A DNA stretch of 10,819 nt from a virus (IMGVR_UViG_2778261301_000013), one strand, 5' to 3'; counted from the stretch's first letter, positions 1-8,253 are shown. Notes: generated by a model not told the origin, from the letters alone. A program made the numbers and translations.

Positions 1-89
1 TTAATGGCCATTGCGGCGGCACCGGGCACCGCCGTTCTGCTGATACGGCTGAGGTTTTCAACGGCCTGCTCAAGACCCTGTATGGCCAT
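1..89 (-). CDS. Z: Tail protein Z-like, N-terminal 29 codons only (gene runs off the window start)
   Basis: Minus-strand ATG at 89..87 translates MAIQGLEQAVENLSRISRTAVPGAAAMAI, matching the N-terminus of lambda gpZ as recalled (MAIKGLEQAVENLSRISKTAVPGAAAMAIN). GGGGGA Shine-Dalgarno-like motif just upstream. Follows FII as in lambda gene order. Truncated by the window edge. Confidence 0.8.
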   Translation of the reverse strand, partial: MAIQGLEQAVENLSRISRTAVPGAAAMAI

Positions 90-100
90 ACATCCCCCTT

Positions 101-454
101 TCAGCGACGACGGCTGGCGGCAGGTGGTTGCCCCCGGTTGAGCCAGAGATAACAACTCCCTCCGTCATCCGGAGAAACACGGTCCACCCAGAACATCTCG
201 CCGTTAATGGTCAGCGTGTCACCACGCCGTACAGCACAAACCGTATCCGTAAGCACAAATAATGACGGGTTACTTCCTTCAATACGGATCCCACTACTGG
301 CAAAACCCAGCGACTCCGGATCGTCAAAAACGCCATGAACCTCGCCGCCACGCTGTGCACCGGAGGTGAACTGCGCACTGATGCCCATCACTTCAACAAT
401 CGTACTGTCCACCCCGGCAAGGGCGGCATCAAAGGCATTCTGAAAATCACGCAT
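101..454 (-). CDS. FII: Head-tail joining protein FII-like (117 aa)
   Basis: Part of six-frame ORF 101..490. Translation from the ATG at 454 (MRDFQNAFDAALAGV...GVFDDPESLGFASSGIRIEGSNPSLFV...FWVDRVSPDDGGSCYLWL) aligns along its length with lambda gpFII as recalled and gives the same length. The ATG at 454 lies 8 nt upstream of the FI stop (447), suggesting translational coupling. The longer ORF start at 490 is not supported by the lambda alignment. Confidence 0.88.
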   Translation of the reverse strand: MRDFQNAFDAALAGVDSTIVEVMGISAQFTSGAQRGGEVHGVFDDPESLGFASSGIRIEGSNPSLFVLTDTVCAVRRGDTLTINGEMFWVDRVSPDDGGSCYLWLNRGQPPAASRRR

Positions 455-821
455 AAACAGCCATTCCACCATCAACGTGTGTTTTTGCATCTGAGGACAT
501 AATCAGAATCACCCGACCAACATCCGCAAGCTCAACGGATTCCCCCGTTTCACCATCAACGCCACAGAGATGGAGGCAGGTCAGAACTCTGATGCGCGTT
601 AACGCGCCGGATGTTTCCTCACGAACATCATGAGCCGCGGTTTCCCGCTCCCGGATATCCATATTCATAACCTGTACATCATCGCCGGATGACTGCATTT
701 CCTCTTCCCATTCTGCCACCCGCTGCGCTATCTCTGCGGCACTCCCGGATATATCCGGCTCACGCCCCAGAATCAGGGCCAGTTCATCAAGCCGTTTCAG
801 ATTTTGCTCTTTCGTTGCCAT
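447..821 (-). CDS. FI: DNA packaging / head assembly protein FI-like (124 aa)
   Basis: Part of ORF 447..869. Start chosen at the ATG at 821 (MATKEQNLKRLDELALILGRE...), preceded by GGGGG about 6 nt upstream and lying after the E-FI hairpin. The N-terminal third resembles lambda gpFI as recalled; the C-terminal part is divergent. Position between E and FII matches lambda synteny. Confidence 0.7.
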   Translation of the reverse strand: MATKEQNLKRLDELALILGREPDISGSAAEIAQRVAEWEEEMQSSGDDVQVMNMDIRERETAAHDVREETSGALTRIRVLTCLHLCGVDGETGESVELADVGRVILIMSSDAKTHVDGGMAVYA

Positions 822-835
822 ATCAGCCCCCTGTG

Positions 836-864
836 AAAAAAGACACGGGGGCATTTCGCCCCCG
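836..864 (-). terminator. Intrinsic-terminator-like GC hairpin plus U-tract between E and FI
   Basis: Minus-strand RNA reads CGGGGGC-GAAAU-GCCCCCG (7 bp GC stem, 5 nt loop; plus-strand 846..864), followed after 4 nt by UUUUUU (plus-strand A-tract 836..841). It sits 9 nt after the E stop codon and about 15 nt before the FI start. Confidence 0.45.
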
Positions 865-872
865 CTCACGGA

Positions 873-1901
873 TTATTTCACCTGTACCACCACAAACTCA
901 TCCGGGTCCGGCAACACCATCAGCGGCGCGGACTGCGTCATGGTAAATTCACGGGCGGGATCCCCTACCGTCAGCCAGTGTTTCGGATAACGGGAAGAGG
1001 CCACCACACCTTCGGACAACGCCTGAGCATCCTGAATGGCACCGTAACAACGGATCCCATCTGCAGCAGTATTCCCCAGAACCAGCATGCCATCTGGAAG
1101 ATAACGTTTTTCGATACCGTCTTCTGCTATATAAGACGTTTTCGCCACCACAATGGCCAGATCGCCGTAATACCCCTTGAAGGACACCACTGCGCCCAGA
1201 TCTTTCACTGCCGTTTCGAGTTGAGAATTTGAACCGCGACGGGTATCCAGTTTTTCGCGGAACAGCTTAAAACCATTCAGAAGACGCCAGACGGTACCGT
1301 CCATAATGGCAATATTCACAAGACCGCTGGCCTGGTCGCAGTAGAGGTCAATATCATGTGTAGGATCGAACGTGTCACGATCCTGTTTTGACCACTCCTT
1401 ACCACCACCCTGAGTGATGTTATTCTTCGTCGACCTGCCAAAATCGACCTCAATTTTCTCGAACTGGTCTCCTTCCATGGTGTATTTGCCATACAACACA
1501 GCATTTACCGCCTGCATTTCTTCCACCTGGACAATCGCGTGCTCTTCCTGTTTGAGGTTATCGGTAATGATACGCAGACGGCGGTAAGCCGGATCATTCA
1601 GTTGAGATGGATCTTCACCAGGAAGGCGCTCAACCGCCTGCTGGTAATTAAATTCGTGTTTCGGCTTGACGTAGCCCGGACGCAACACGCGGGTTTCACC
1701 ACCACGATGACGCAGCACTTTTCCTTCAACAACCGGGGAGACATAGGCCGCCACCGGCGTTTTTCCGGTAATTTTGTCCAGCATCACCTCTTCGGTATGG
1801 AAATTCACCGTACGGCGGAAAAACAGCTCCAGAAACAGCGCACGAAATTTAACTTTTTGTTCGGTATAACCGAGTAACTGGCGGGTCGTAAACAATCCCA
1901 T
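873..1901 (-). CDS. E: Major capsid protein E-like (342 aa)
   Basis: ORF 873..1901 with ATG at 1901 and an AAAGGAA SD-like motif 7 nt upstream. Translation (MGLFTTRQLLGYTEQKVKF...PGYVKPKHE...AIVQVEEMQAV...KLDTRRGSNSQLETAVKDLG...TVGDPAREFTMTQSAPLMVLPDPDEFVVVQ) is collinear with lambda gpE as recalled, with many identical blocks and nearly the same length. Confidence 0.95.
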   Translation of the reverse strand: MGLFTTRQLLGYTEQKVKFRALFLELFFRRTVNFHTEEVMLDKITGKTPVAAYVSPVVEGKVLRHRGGETRVLRPGYVKPKHEFNYQQAVERLPGEDPSQLNDPAYRRLRIITDNLKQEEHAIVQVEEMQAVNAVLYGKYTMEGDQFEKIEVDFGRSTKNNITQGGGKEWSKQDRDTFDPTHDIDLYCDQASGLVNIAIMDGTVWRLLNGFKLFREKLDTRRGSNSQLETAVKDLGAVVSFKGYYGDLAIVVAKTSYIAEDGIEKRYLPDGMLVLGNTAADGIRCYGAIQDAQALSEGVVASSRYPKHWLTVGDPAREFTMTQSAPLMVLPDPDEFVVVQVK

Positions 1902-1930
1902 AAATCAGTTCCTTTCATTCAGAAATCAGT

Positions 1931-1950
1931 CAGGCCACCGCGGTGGCCTG
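1931..1950 (-). other. Perfect 20 bp palindrome (CAGGCCACCG|CGGTGGCCTG) in the D-E intergenic region; potential RNA hairpin
   Basis: Directly visible at 1931..1950 between the D stop (1959) and E start (1901). It would form a 9-10 bp GC-rich stem in the late mRNA. No clean U-tract follows (ACUGAUUUCUG), so it is not a classic intrinsic terminator. Confidence 0.4.
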
Positions 1951-1958
1951 ATAACGTG

Positions 1959-2306
1959 TTACGGCAGCGCCGCGTGACTCAGGGCACTGCCAGCAAAGGC
2001 GTTGGCCTTTTTGTGTTCATCCACACTTTCAGGCCAGTGGATTGCCTCCGTCGCAAAGGTTCCCGACTTGTAATACGTCAGCGCCGTCTCTGTGCCGTCA
2101 AGCGGCAGTACCAGTATGCCAACCGCACTACCGGCTTTCTGTCCGTCCCAGACCACCAGTTTCCCGGTGGCTTCATCCAGCATCAGGGGCGTCAGTGCCG
2201 GTGTTGGCGAGGAAATCCCGCTGCTGCCTGTGGCGGTATGAGCCGGATCATTACCGGCAAAAATACGTACTTCCGCACGCTGTTCAGTGATGGTTTTCGT
2301 CACCAT
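1959..2306 (-). CDS. D: Head decoration protein D-like (115 aa)
   Basis: ORF 1959..2306 with ATG at 2306 and AGGAGGT SD 7 nt upstream. Translation (...NDPAHTATGSSG...TPLMLDEATGKLVVWDGQKAGSAVGILV...YYKSGTF...WPE...FAG) matches lambda gpD blocks (SDPAHTATAPGG, TPLMLDTSSRKLVAWDG, FYKSGTF) as recalled. Confidence 0.92.
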   Translation of the reverse strand: MVTKTITEQRAEVRIFAGNDPAHTATGSSGISSPTPALTPLMLDEATGKLVVWDGQKAGSAVGILVLPLDGTETALTYYKSGTFATEAIHWPESVDEHKKANAFAGSALSHAALP

Positions 2307-2342
2307 ATTGTAAAAACCTCCTATTGATGGTCAGCACTGGCT

Positions 2343-2945
2343 TCATGGCATGGCCATGAGCATTTTCACGTCCGCATCACCATCTGCTGACGTCTGTGGC
2401 ACGCCACCCTGTACCGCTGCCGGTGAATGGTTCGCCATGAAATGTTCAAACATGGCGGTTGTGGATGCAGAGACCGGTTCTGCCTTACCTGATCCCGCAG
2501 CCAGCACAGCCCGGGCGCTCTCCACAGTCATTCCCGGGCAGGCAGCCAGCTGTTCAGCCTGCACCTCAGCCCCTTTTGCCTCATCCAGTGCCATGATCTG
2601 ATCACGGAGTGATGGTCCGGCATCCGCCTGCGGTGAAGCAGCCAGGATCGGGCGGGCTTTTTCCACCGTCATCTCCGGCATCGCCGCCAGTGTTGCCGCC
2701 AGTTGTTCACGACCGTTCGCTTCTTCACACGCCATAATGCGATCGGCTTCACTCTGCGTGGATGCCACCGGCTGCTGCGGTGCCGCCGCGGCCAGAATCG
2801 CCCGGGCCTGTTCAACGCTCATGCCCTGTTGTCCTGCCAGCATCGTGGCAAGCTGTTCACGTCCTTTCGCTTCCTGGCATGTCAGGATCCCCATCACTCG
2901 CTGGTTCTCCTGCGCGGCGGCTTCCGTTGCAGTTAATTGCGGCAT
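2343..2945 (-). CDS. Nu3: Nu3-like scaffolding protein from an in-frame internal start within C (200 aa)
   Basis: In-frame ATG at 2945..2943 (codon 302 of C, MPQLTATEAAAQ...) is preceded by a strong AGGAGG 4 nt upstream (minus-strand GTCAGAGGAGGCACT-ATG). In lambda, Nu3 is made from an internal in-frame start in C at the corresponding place (lambda ...GGRMTKETQ; here ...GGTMPQLTA). Inference from sequence plus lambda precedent. Confidence 0.6.
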   Translation of the reverse strand: MPQLTATEAAAQENQRVMGILTCQEAKGREQLATMLAGQQGMSVEQARAILAAAAPQQPVASTQSEADRIMACEEANGREQLAATLAAMPEMTVEKARPILAASPQADAGPSLRDQIMALDEAKGAEVQAEQLAACPGMTVESARAVLAAGSGKAEPVSASTTAMFEHFMANHSPAAVQGGVPQTSADGDADVKMLMAMP

Positions 2946-3848
2946 AGTGCCTCCTCTGACATTACTGTTCAGCGCCGTGGCCATCACACTGATGGCATCC
3001 GACGCATTGATTAATTCATCCGCCAGCCCGGCCTCAATGCCGGACTGACCTTCAAAAACGGCGGCCTCTGTTCCCGTGACTGCATCAACAGACAGACCGG
3101 TAAACATCGCCACTTTTTCGGCAAACATCCGGCGCGCCGCATCAATCCGCTGCTGCATGTCCTGGCGAACCTCTGCCGGCAACGCTTCAAACTGATTGCC
3201 ATCCACCTTGTGCGCCCCTGAGTAAATCAGCGTGATATCCACACCGGCCTGCGCCAGATGACCGGCATAGCTGACATGGCTCATCATCACGCCAATGGAA
3301 CCGATACGGGATGTCTGGGTAACCAGCCGTCGGGAGCAGGCCGACGCCAGCAGCATGGCTGCAGAACAGGCCGTGTCATTGCACAGTGCCCAGACCGGCT
3401 TCTGCTGACGGAGGCGGTAAATCATGTCAGCGCAGTCAAACGCGCCGGCGGCCTGCCCGCCCGGACTGTCAATGTCCAGCAGTACGCCCCGCACCTGGCT
3501 ATCCGCCATTGCCTGCTGAAGACAGGCGACAATACCGTCATAGCCTGTCATTCCGGAAAATGGCCGCATACCACCCAGCCGGTGCACCAGCGTGCCGGTC
3601 ACCGGCAGTACAGCAATACCGTTCACCACCCTGTAAACACGGGCAGGTCGTTTACCTCCGGCCATGTACTCGTCCGTTTCAGCCAGCATTCCGGGAGCAT
3701 CAAACTGTACCTGCTGTTGTGGTACCGAAAGACTTGCTGCCCCCATCTCGCGCCCGAGCGCGCAAAAGAAAACCCGCGCATAGGCGGGCTCCAGAAGCAG
3801 CGGTTCATTGAATGCTGCGGCAATAATGTGTGAAAGATTACGTCTCAC
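2343..3848 (-). CDS. C: Head maturation protease / minor capsid protein C-like (S49/ClpP-type protease domain with C-terminal scaffold-like region), 501 aa
   Basis: ORF 2343..3848. N-terminal two thirds are collinear with lambda gpC as recalled (AFNEPLLLEPAYARVFFCAL, NGIAVLPVTGTLV, GMTGYDGI, LLDIDSPGG, AGAFDCADMI, KPVWAL, SRRLVTQTSRIGSIGVMM, ITLIYSGAHKVDGN, TEAAVFEGQ...AGLADELIN). The start is GTG at 3848 (no in-frame ATG nearby) and overlaps the end of B by 11 nt. The start codon assignment is less certain than the gene call. Confidence 0.92.
   Translation of the reverse strand: MRRNLSHIIAAAFNEPLLLEPAYARVFFCALGREMGAASLSVPQQQVQFDAPGMLAETDEYMAGGKRPARVYRVVNGIAVLPVTGTLVHRLGGMRPFSGMTGYDGIVACLQQAMADSQVRGVLLDIDSPGGQAAGAFDCADMIYRLRQQKPVWALCNDTACSAAMLLASACSRRLVTQTSRIGSIGVMMSHVSYAGHLAQAGVDITLIYSGAHKVDGNQFEALPAEVRQDMQQRIDAARRMFAEKVAMFTGLSVDAVTGTEAAVFEGQSGIEAGLADELINASDAISVMATALNSNVRGGTMPQLTATEAAAQENQRVMGILTCQEAKGREQLATMLAGQQGMSVEQARAILAAAAPQQPVASTQSEADRIMACEEANGREQLAATLAAMPEMTVEKARPILAASPQADAGPSLRDQIMALDEAKGAEVQAEQLAACPGMTVESARAVLAAGSGKAEPVSASTTAMFEHFMANHSPAAVQGGVPQTSADGDADVKMLMAMP
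2469..2897. repeat. Three tandem in-frame copies of a roughly 47-codon module within the C/Nu3 C-terminal region
   Basis: Protein-level repeats visible in the ORF translation: (1) IL/VMGILTCQEAKGREQLATMLAGQQGMSVEQARAILAAAAPQ, (2) IMACEEANGREQLAATLAAMPEMTVEKARPILAASPQ, (3) IMALDEAKGAEVQAEQLAACPGMTVESARAVLAAGSG. Boundaries approximate. Confidence 0.7.
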
Positions 3849-5430
3849 GTGGTGTTGTCTCCTCTTCCGGCCTGCGACTCTCCGCTATCTGCTGCTGATA
3901 CGCCTGCGCTATCCACACCGGACGTGAGAGTCCGGCTTTTTGCCGCTCAGCAGATTCCCTGACCTGCTGGCGGAAAATGTCCTGATAATCCTCGCCCATC
4001 AGCGCCAGCTCTTTCTCATACGTGCTCAGTCCGGCCTCAATGCGCATCACTGATTCCTGGACTTCCTTGAGCCCGTCAATGGCCATTCTTCCGGCACCAA
4101 TCCACTCTGCCCGTGACCAGGCTGATCGCGCCTGATAAAAATCAAAACGTGCCCGTGGCGGACGAATAATCCCCCGAAGAAGTGCCTCTTCCAGCCAGCA
4201 GGAAAACATCTGCGTGGCCAGCCGGGCCGCAATAAATTTTCGCCGCCCCATAAAATAGCGCCACGACTCATTGGCGGAGGCGCGGGCACTTGAGTAACTG
4301 ACCTTCGAGTAATCACGGGACAACTGTTCGTAGGAAACGCCAAGACCGGCGGCGATATACCGCAGCAGCGCCTGTTCAAGCGCAGAAAATCCATTGTCTG
4401 AATCCTGCGCAGTCTGTAGTTTCAGATCATCACCAGGGAAAAGGTGCGGAATTTTGACACCGCCCAGTGTCACGTTATTCGTGTCATACCAGCTGGAGAA
4501 CTTCTCCAGAATATTAATAAGCGGATTATCCTTCTGCTCCTGTGGCGCGCCGGCGATATATTCAAAGGCCTTTTCGGTATCAAGTTCACTTTCAATCGTC
4601 GCTGCATACATCGCCTTCACTATGGCCGACTGAAGCTGTGTTGCCTGCAGGGAATCGAGCATCTTCAGCCGTTCCATGACGCTGTAAAACTGATTAGCCC
4701 CACGGGTCTGCCCGTCCTCCACCGGCTCGAAAATATGCAGCATGGCCGGACGCCCGGTGGGAAGTTCACGCGGGATCCGTTCCCATCGTCCACTACCAGA
4801 GAACGGAAAATCATCCTCACAGATATGGTACGCGACGGCACGGCCATATCGATCGACCTCCACACCGGCCCGCAGAAAACGGTTCCCCATACCGTGTCCA
4901 GGCGTGTCCACCCGTTTCGGACTCACGGCTTTAAAACGCGTACGGAATAACTGCGTGGTTTCCGTATCCCAGACCGGCTGCACAAAGATTTCGCCGTTAA
5001 ACGCATGAACGCCCACACCTTCACGGATAAATTCCGTGAACGTGCGTTTTCCTTCCACGTCGATCTCGCCAAACATCCCTTCGGCGTATTCCGACCAGGC
5101 CGCCTCCACCTCATCGACAAAGCTTTTTGCTGCGGTCTCCCGCATCCCCAGCCAGCGCCAGTTCGGACGGTAGCTGATCAGAAACATATGCCCGACAATG
5201 TGATCCTTATGCAGAGCCACCGCATTAGCCGCTATTCCGTTATTGCGCACCAGATCATCTGCCCGGGCATTCCCCAGACGCAACGCGGGCAGCAGGGCCG
5301 CATCGGCACTCTGCGCCGGTGGCAACCACTCAGCCATTTGCCCGCCAAATCCTGCACCGCCCCCGTTGTAGCTGAGACTCTCACGAAGCGGAACGCCGTT
5401 CACATCAATCAGGACAGGCGTTCGTTTCAT
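3838..5430 (-). CDS. B: Portal protein B-like (530 aa)
   Basis: ORF 3838..5430 with ATG at 5430, overlapping the W stop as ATGA. Translation is collinear with lambda gpB as recalled (GNARADDLVRNNG, FEPVEDGQTRGAN.FYSVME, LQSAIVKAMYAATIESELDT, LLRYIAAGLGVSYEQLSR, SARASANESW.YFMGRRKF, WIGAGRMAIDGLKEVQE, EAGLSTYEKE) with similar length. Confidence 0.95.
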   Translation of the reverse strand: MKRTPVLIDVNGVPLRESLSYNGGGAGFGGQMAEWLPPAQSADAALLPALRLGNARADDLVRNNGIAANAVALHKDHIVGHMFLISYRPNWRWLGMRETAAKSFVDEVEAAWSEYAEGMFGEIDVEGKRTFTEFIREGVGVHAFNGEIFVQPVWDTETTQLFRTRFKAVSPKRVDTPGHGMGNRFLRAGVEVDRYGRAVAYHICEDDFPFSGSGRWERIPRELPTGRPAMLHIFEPVEDGQTRGANQFYSVMERLKMLDSLQATQLQSAIVKAMYAATIESELDTEKAFEYIAGAPQEQKDNPLINILEKFSSWYDTNNVTLGGVKIPHLFPGDDLKLQTAQDSDNGFSALEQALLRYIAAGLGVSYEQLSRDYSKVSYSSARASANESWRYFMGRRKFIAARLATQMFSCWLEEALLRGIIRPPRARFDFYQARSAWSRAEWIGAGRMAIDGLKEVQESVMRIEAGLSTYEKELALMGEDYQDIFRQQVRESAERQKAGLSRPVWIAQAYQQQIAESRRPEEETTPRET

Positions 5431-5633
5431 AACCTCACTCCCAGCGGACGACGGCGACGCCGGGTTGTCCCCAGTACCGACTCCGCATCATTGATCGCCC
5501 GGTTAAGCTCATCCAGAGAAGCCGCCGTATATTCAATTCTGCGACCATCTTTCTGGACAGACACCACCCGTTTACCGGTTAATAAATCAAGGCGCGCCTG
5601 ACGCAGCGCCTGCAGTTCAGCGACTGTAACCAT
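5427..5633 (-). CDS. W: Head-tail joining / head completion protein W-like (68 aa)
   Basis: ORF 5427..5633 with ATG at 5633 and GGAGGAG SD upstream. Translation ([40 protein letters not shown]...RRRRRP) matches lambda gpW as recalled (same length; TGKRVATVQKDGRRVEFTA). Start overlaps the end of A by 17 nt. Confidence 0.93.
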   Translation of the reverse strand: MVTVAELQALRQARLDLLTGKRVVSVQKDGRRIEYTAASLDELNRAINDAESVLGTTRRRRRPLGVRL

Positions 5634-7545
5634 TCACTCCTCCGGACAGCTTCGCTGCCAGTTCTTTAAGGGTTGGCCGGGTCGTCTCTTCTTCCCGGGA
5701 TTTTGCCAGTACAGCCAGATCAAGCTGCCAGCGTTGCACGGACACACGTAATGCCGCGTAGGCATACACCAGGCAGTCCAGCGCTTCGTTACGCCGCTTT
5801 TTGTTATCCCACAGCAGACGCATCTTTCCTTTTTCCCACTTCTCCACAAGCTCTTCCGCGACCAGTTGCTGCGCCTCTGTCTGCGAAAAAATCTCCGGAT
5901 CATCAGGAAAACGGATGGCATACGACGTGGCTTCATCCACAGGCGTGGGATCGGCTTTCATACGGGCATAGAGAATTTCTTTTGCGGTGTCCGTCCCCAC
6001 TTCACACAGATACACGCCCCGCTGATTGCGGGTTTTTGGCATGGTGATCACCGGCTTGCCATAGACAGATGCGCCTTTTATCGGCAGCACCCGGAAAACA
6101 CCATGTTTTTTTGACCTCTGATAAACGATTTCGCCATCGATCCCCCCGATGTCCCAGCAGACACGAGAAATAGTCATTTCGGTTCCGTCTGCATGGCGGT
6201 ATTTTTTGTTGATCGCCGCATCCACACGTAACAGCGTCTCTTCCTCATCGGGACGCCCCATAATGATGATTTTATCCACCAGAAAGGCTTCCTCTCCCGG
6301 AGCCCATCCCCAGACATACATCTCAAAACGGTTTCGCTGCGAGTCAATGCCCGCCGTCAGATAAACCACCCGGGCAGGCACCGCCGCCGTGTAACGCACA
6401 ACCTTATCCATCAGTACCTGGTGATCGAGTTTTTCGCCCACGGCCTCTTCCCAGGTCTCGCCCAGCGTGGTGTTCACAAAGGTTTTCAGGCCGTTGGGAT
6501 CTTTCAGTGCATCCAGCCAGTCATAGACAATCTGTACCCATGTGGTGAACGGACTGTACGCCGTCCAGATATGGAAAGTGATGGAGCGCGGCGGCGGAAT
6601 TTCATCACCCCGGGCGCTGAAAAACATCAGGCCGTCACGGGTCCACATGCCCGTGTTTTCACAGATCCACCGCCCGTTACTCTGGTCAAGCTCAGACTGA
6701 TGGATCACACAGCCATGATGCTCACAAAGGTAGAAAACACTTTCTGGCTTATTCTTCTCCCACTTAAGACCGAAAGGCGAGGCATCATCGCCAAATTTCA
6801 GATACTGCTCCTCCCCACAGTGCGGACAGGGCACATAAAAACGCATGAAGTGTGCCGACTCGTTAGCGGCTTTTTCGATCTGGCAGGAGCCTTTGATTTT
6901 AGGCGTCGAGCCGCGAATGGATTTTGGCCATACAGAGCCCTCAATACGTTTATCCCCCAGCAGGGTTGGCGAACCCTCTTTTTCAACATCCGGTTCGAAC
7001 GAGGAAAGCTCGTCATAACAGACCACATCCACGGATTTTTCACGGTAGTTTTTTGCTGCCGCACCACCCAGACACCAGAACCCCACACCGGAGGAAAAAC
7101 GCTTCAGGGTGAGCGTATTATCGCGGTGTTTTCTTCCGAACCATGGAGCCAGCTCCAGCAATGCAGGAACATCCCTTATCGTTGGCTCAACATGAGATTT
7201 CATAAAATCTTCAGCAGCTGAGTCCGTGGGCTGAAAAAGAAGGCTGTTGCGTGATTTATGCTCAATAAAATAAGCCTCCACTCCCAGCAACATCTTTGTA
7301 TAACCAACACGGGCAGATTTAATCAGGTTAACCGTGCGAATCAGATCGTTGCCCATACAGTTCATGATGCCAACCTGAAACGGCAGTGTTTCCCACCGCC
7401 CCGGGGTATAAGACGACTCTTTAGGAAGGTAATAATGTTTATTGGCCCACTGAACTGTCGTCAGTGGAACAGGAATAATGAGAGATAAAAGCCCTGTAGC
7501 TATCGCACCGGCTGCATTAGCTGCCTTCTGCGCGTCTGAAATCAT
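5617..7545 (-). CDS. A: Terminase large subunit A-like (642 aa from the ATG at 7545; six-frame ORF extends to 7587)
   Basis: ORF 5617..7587. From [21 protein letters not shown] onward it is collinear with lambda gpA as recalled, including the Walker-type region, [16 protein letters not shown] and the C-terminal nuclease-domain blocks. Start preferred at the ATG at 7545 (MISDAQ...): it gives the lambda-like N-terminal length, has a GGGTGGA SD-like motif upstream, and overlaps the Nu1 3' end by 29 nt as in lambda. The ATG at 7587 has no SD. Confidence 0.95.
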
Positions 7546-8065
7546 CGATCCACCCGCCCACGTTTTCACCGGCCTTAGCTGCAACATTGGAGGCTTTCGC
7601 GATTTCAGTTTTCACCACATCAAGGTGTGATGGTGAAATGTCCGGATATTTACGCTGTAATGTCAACGGCACACGCACAAGTATCCCCGAAATCTCCTGT
7701 GCCACACGTTGCAGAATGAAGGTAAACAGTTCAGTTTCCAGCACTACTCCGTCTTCACGGGCATTTTTCAGTTCCTGCGCATCTGCCTGCGCTTTTGTGA
7801 GCCTGTAGCGTTCATAGTCAATGGTGCCGGGTTGTAAATCTGACTCCGCTGCCGCACGCAAATCGTCCAGTTCTTTGCGGAGCTTTTCGTTTTCGATATC
7901 AGTTTCCCTCTGCGCATACCACTGAATTGCCATGGCAGTATCAAATACAGATTCAATGCCCTTACTACCTTTGGAGGCGCAAGGGAGTCCCTGAGACTGC
8001 CAGCGTTCAATCGTCCGCGGGTCCACGTTGAAAATTTCGGCAAGCCTCTTTTTATTAACCTTCAT
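7517..8065 (-). CDS. Nu1: Terminase small subunit Nu1-like (182 aa)
   Basis: ORF 7517..8065 with ATG at 8065. Translation ([28 protein letters not shown]...[47 protein letters not shown]) is collinear with lambda gpNu1 as recalled (MEVNKKQLADIFGASIRTIQNWQEQGMP...). First gene downstream of cos, as in lambda. Confidence 0.93.
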
Positions 8066-8241
8066 GAAAACAACCCATTATCAAATACAAGGCCCGACAT
8101 GAAAACGCCAGAAAAAGGCATTTTCGGACACTTTCATGTCGGACCTTTACGGATGAAATATTAAAAAAAACAAAAAGTTATATTCGAGAAGTACCGACAC
8201 GATTTTCCCTGAAAAATTTTCATAAATAGTGAAAAACCGCG
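8066..8241. promoter_or_regulatory. cosB-like terminase-binding region between cosN and Nu1, with three candidate small-subunit binding sites and an A/T-rich putative IHF bend site
   Basis: The first 35 nt on the Nu1 side of cosN (minus-strand CGCGGTTTTTCACTATTTATGAAAATTTT) match the lambda left end as recalled, then the sequence diverges. CCGACA occurs at 8094..8099 and 8194..8199 (same orientation, exactly 100 bp apart) with an inverted copy TGTCGG at 8137..8142, mirroring the lambda R1/R2(inverted)/R3 layout but with a different motif. A/T-rich segment with an A8 run at 8146..8190 lies between the distal and middle sites. Confidence 0.65.
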
Positions 8242-8253
8242 AGGTCGCCGCCC
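8242..8253. other. cosN: 12-nt cohesive-end sequence (minus-strand GGGCGGCGACCT)
   Basis: Plus-strand aggtcgccgccc at 8242..8253 is the exact reverse complement of the lambda 12-nt cohesive end GGGCGGCGACCT, flanked by lambda-like sequence on both sides (minus-strand ...GGTTACG|GGGCGGCGACCT|CGCGG...). Confidence 0.85.

Noticed and set aside
101-869. Longest-ORF starts for FII (490) and FI (869)
   Set aside because: The lambda alignments begin at the internal methionines (454 and 821). The FI internal start has a G-rich SD and lies after the E-FI hairpin; the extended N-termini have no counterpart in lambda.
6421-7221. 266-aa plus-strand ORF, and many other plus-strand ORFs of 60-200 aa (for example 3258..3833, 3386..3811, 4444..4950, 5005..5601, 5673..6047, 1956..2327)
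   Set aside because: All lie antisense to long minus-strand genes with strong lambda-family matches (A, B, C, D, E). Their translations are low-complexity and Arg/Pro/Ala-rich, typical of spurious antisense ORFs in GC-rich coding DNA, and none has a convincing ribosome-binding site.
5617-7587. Using the most upstream ATG (7587) as the start of the terminase large subunit
   Set aside because: That ATG has no SD (CCTCCA immediately upstream) and would add 14 residues absent from lambda gpA. The ATG at 7545 has an SD-like motif, reproduces the lambda N-terminal length and gives the lambda-like Nu1-A overlap.
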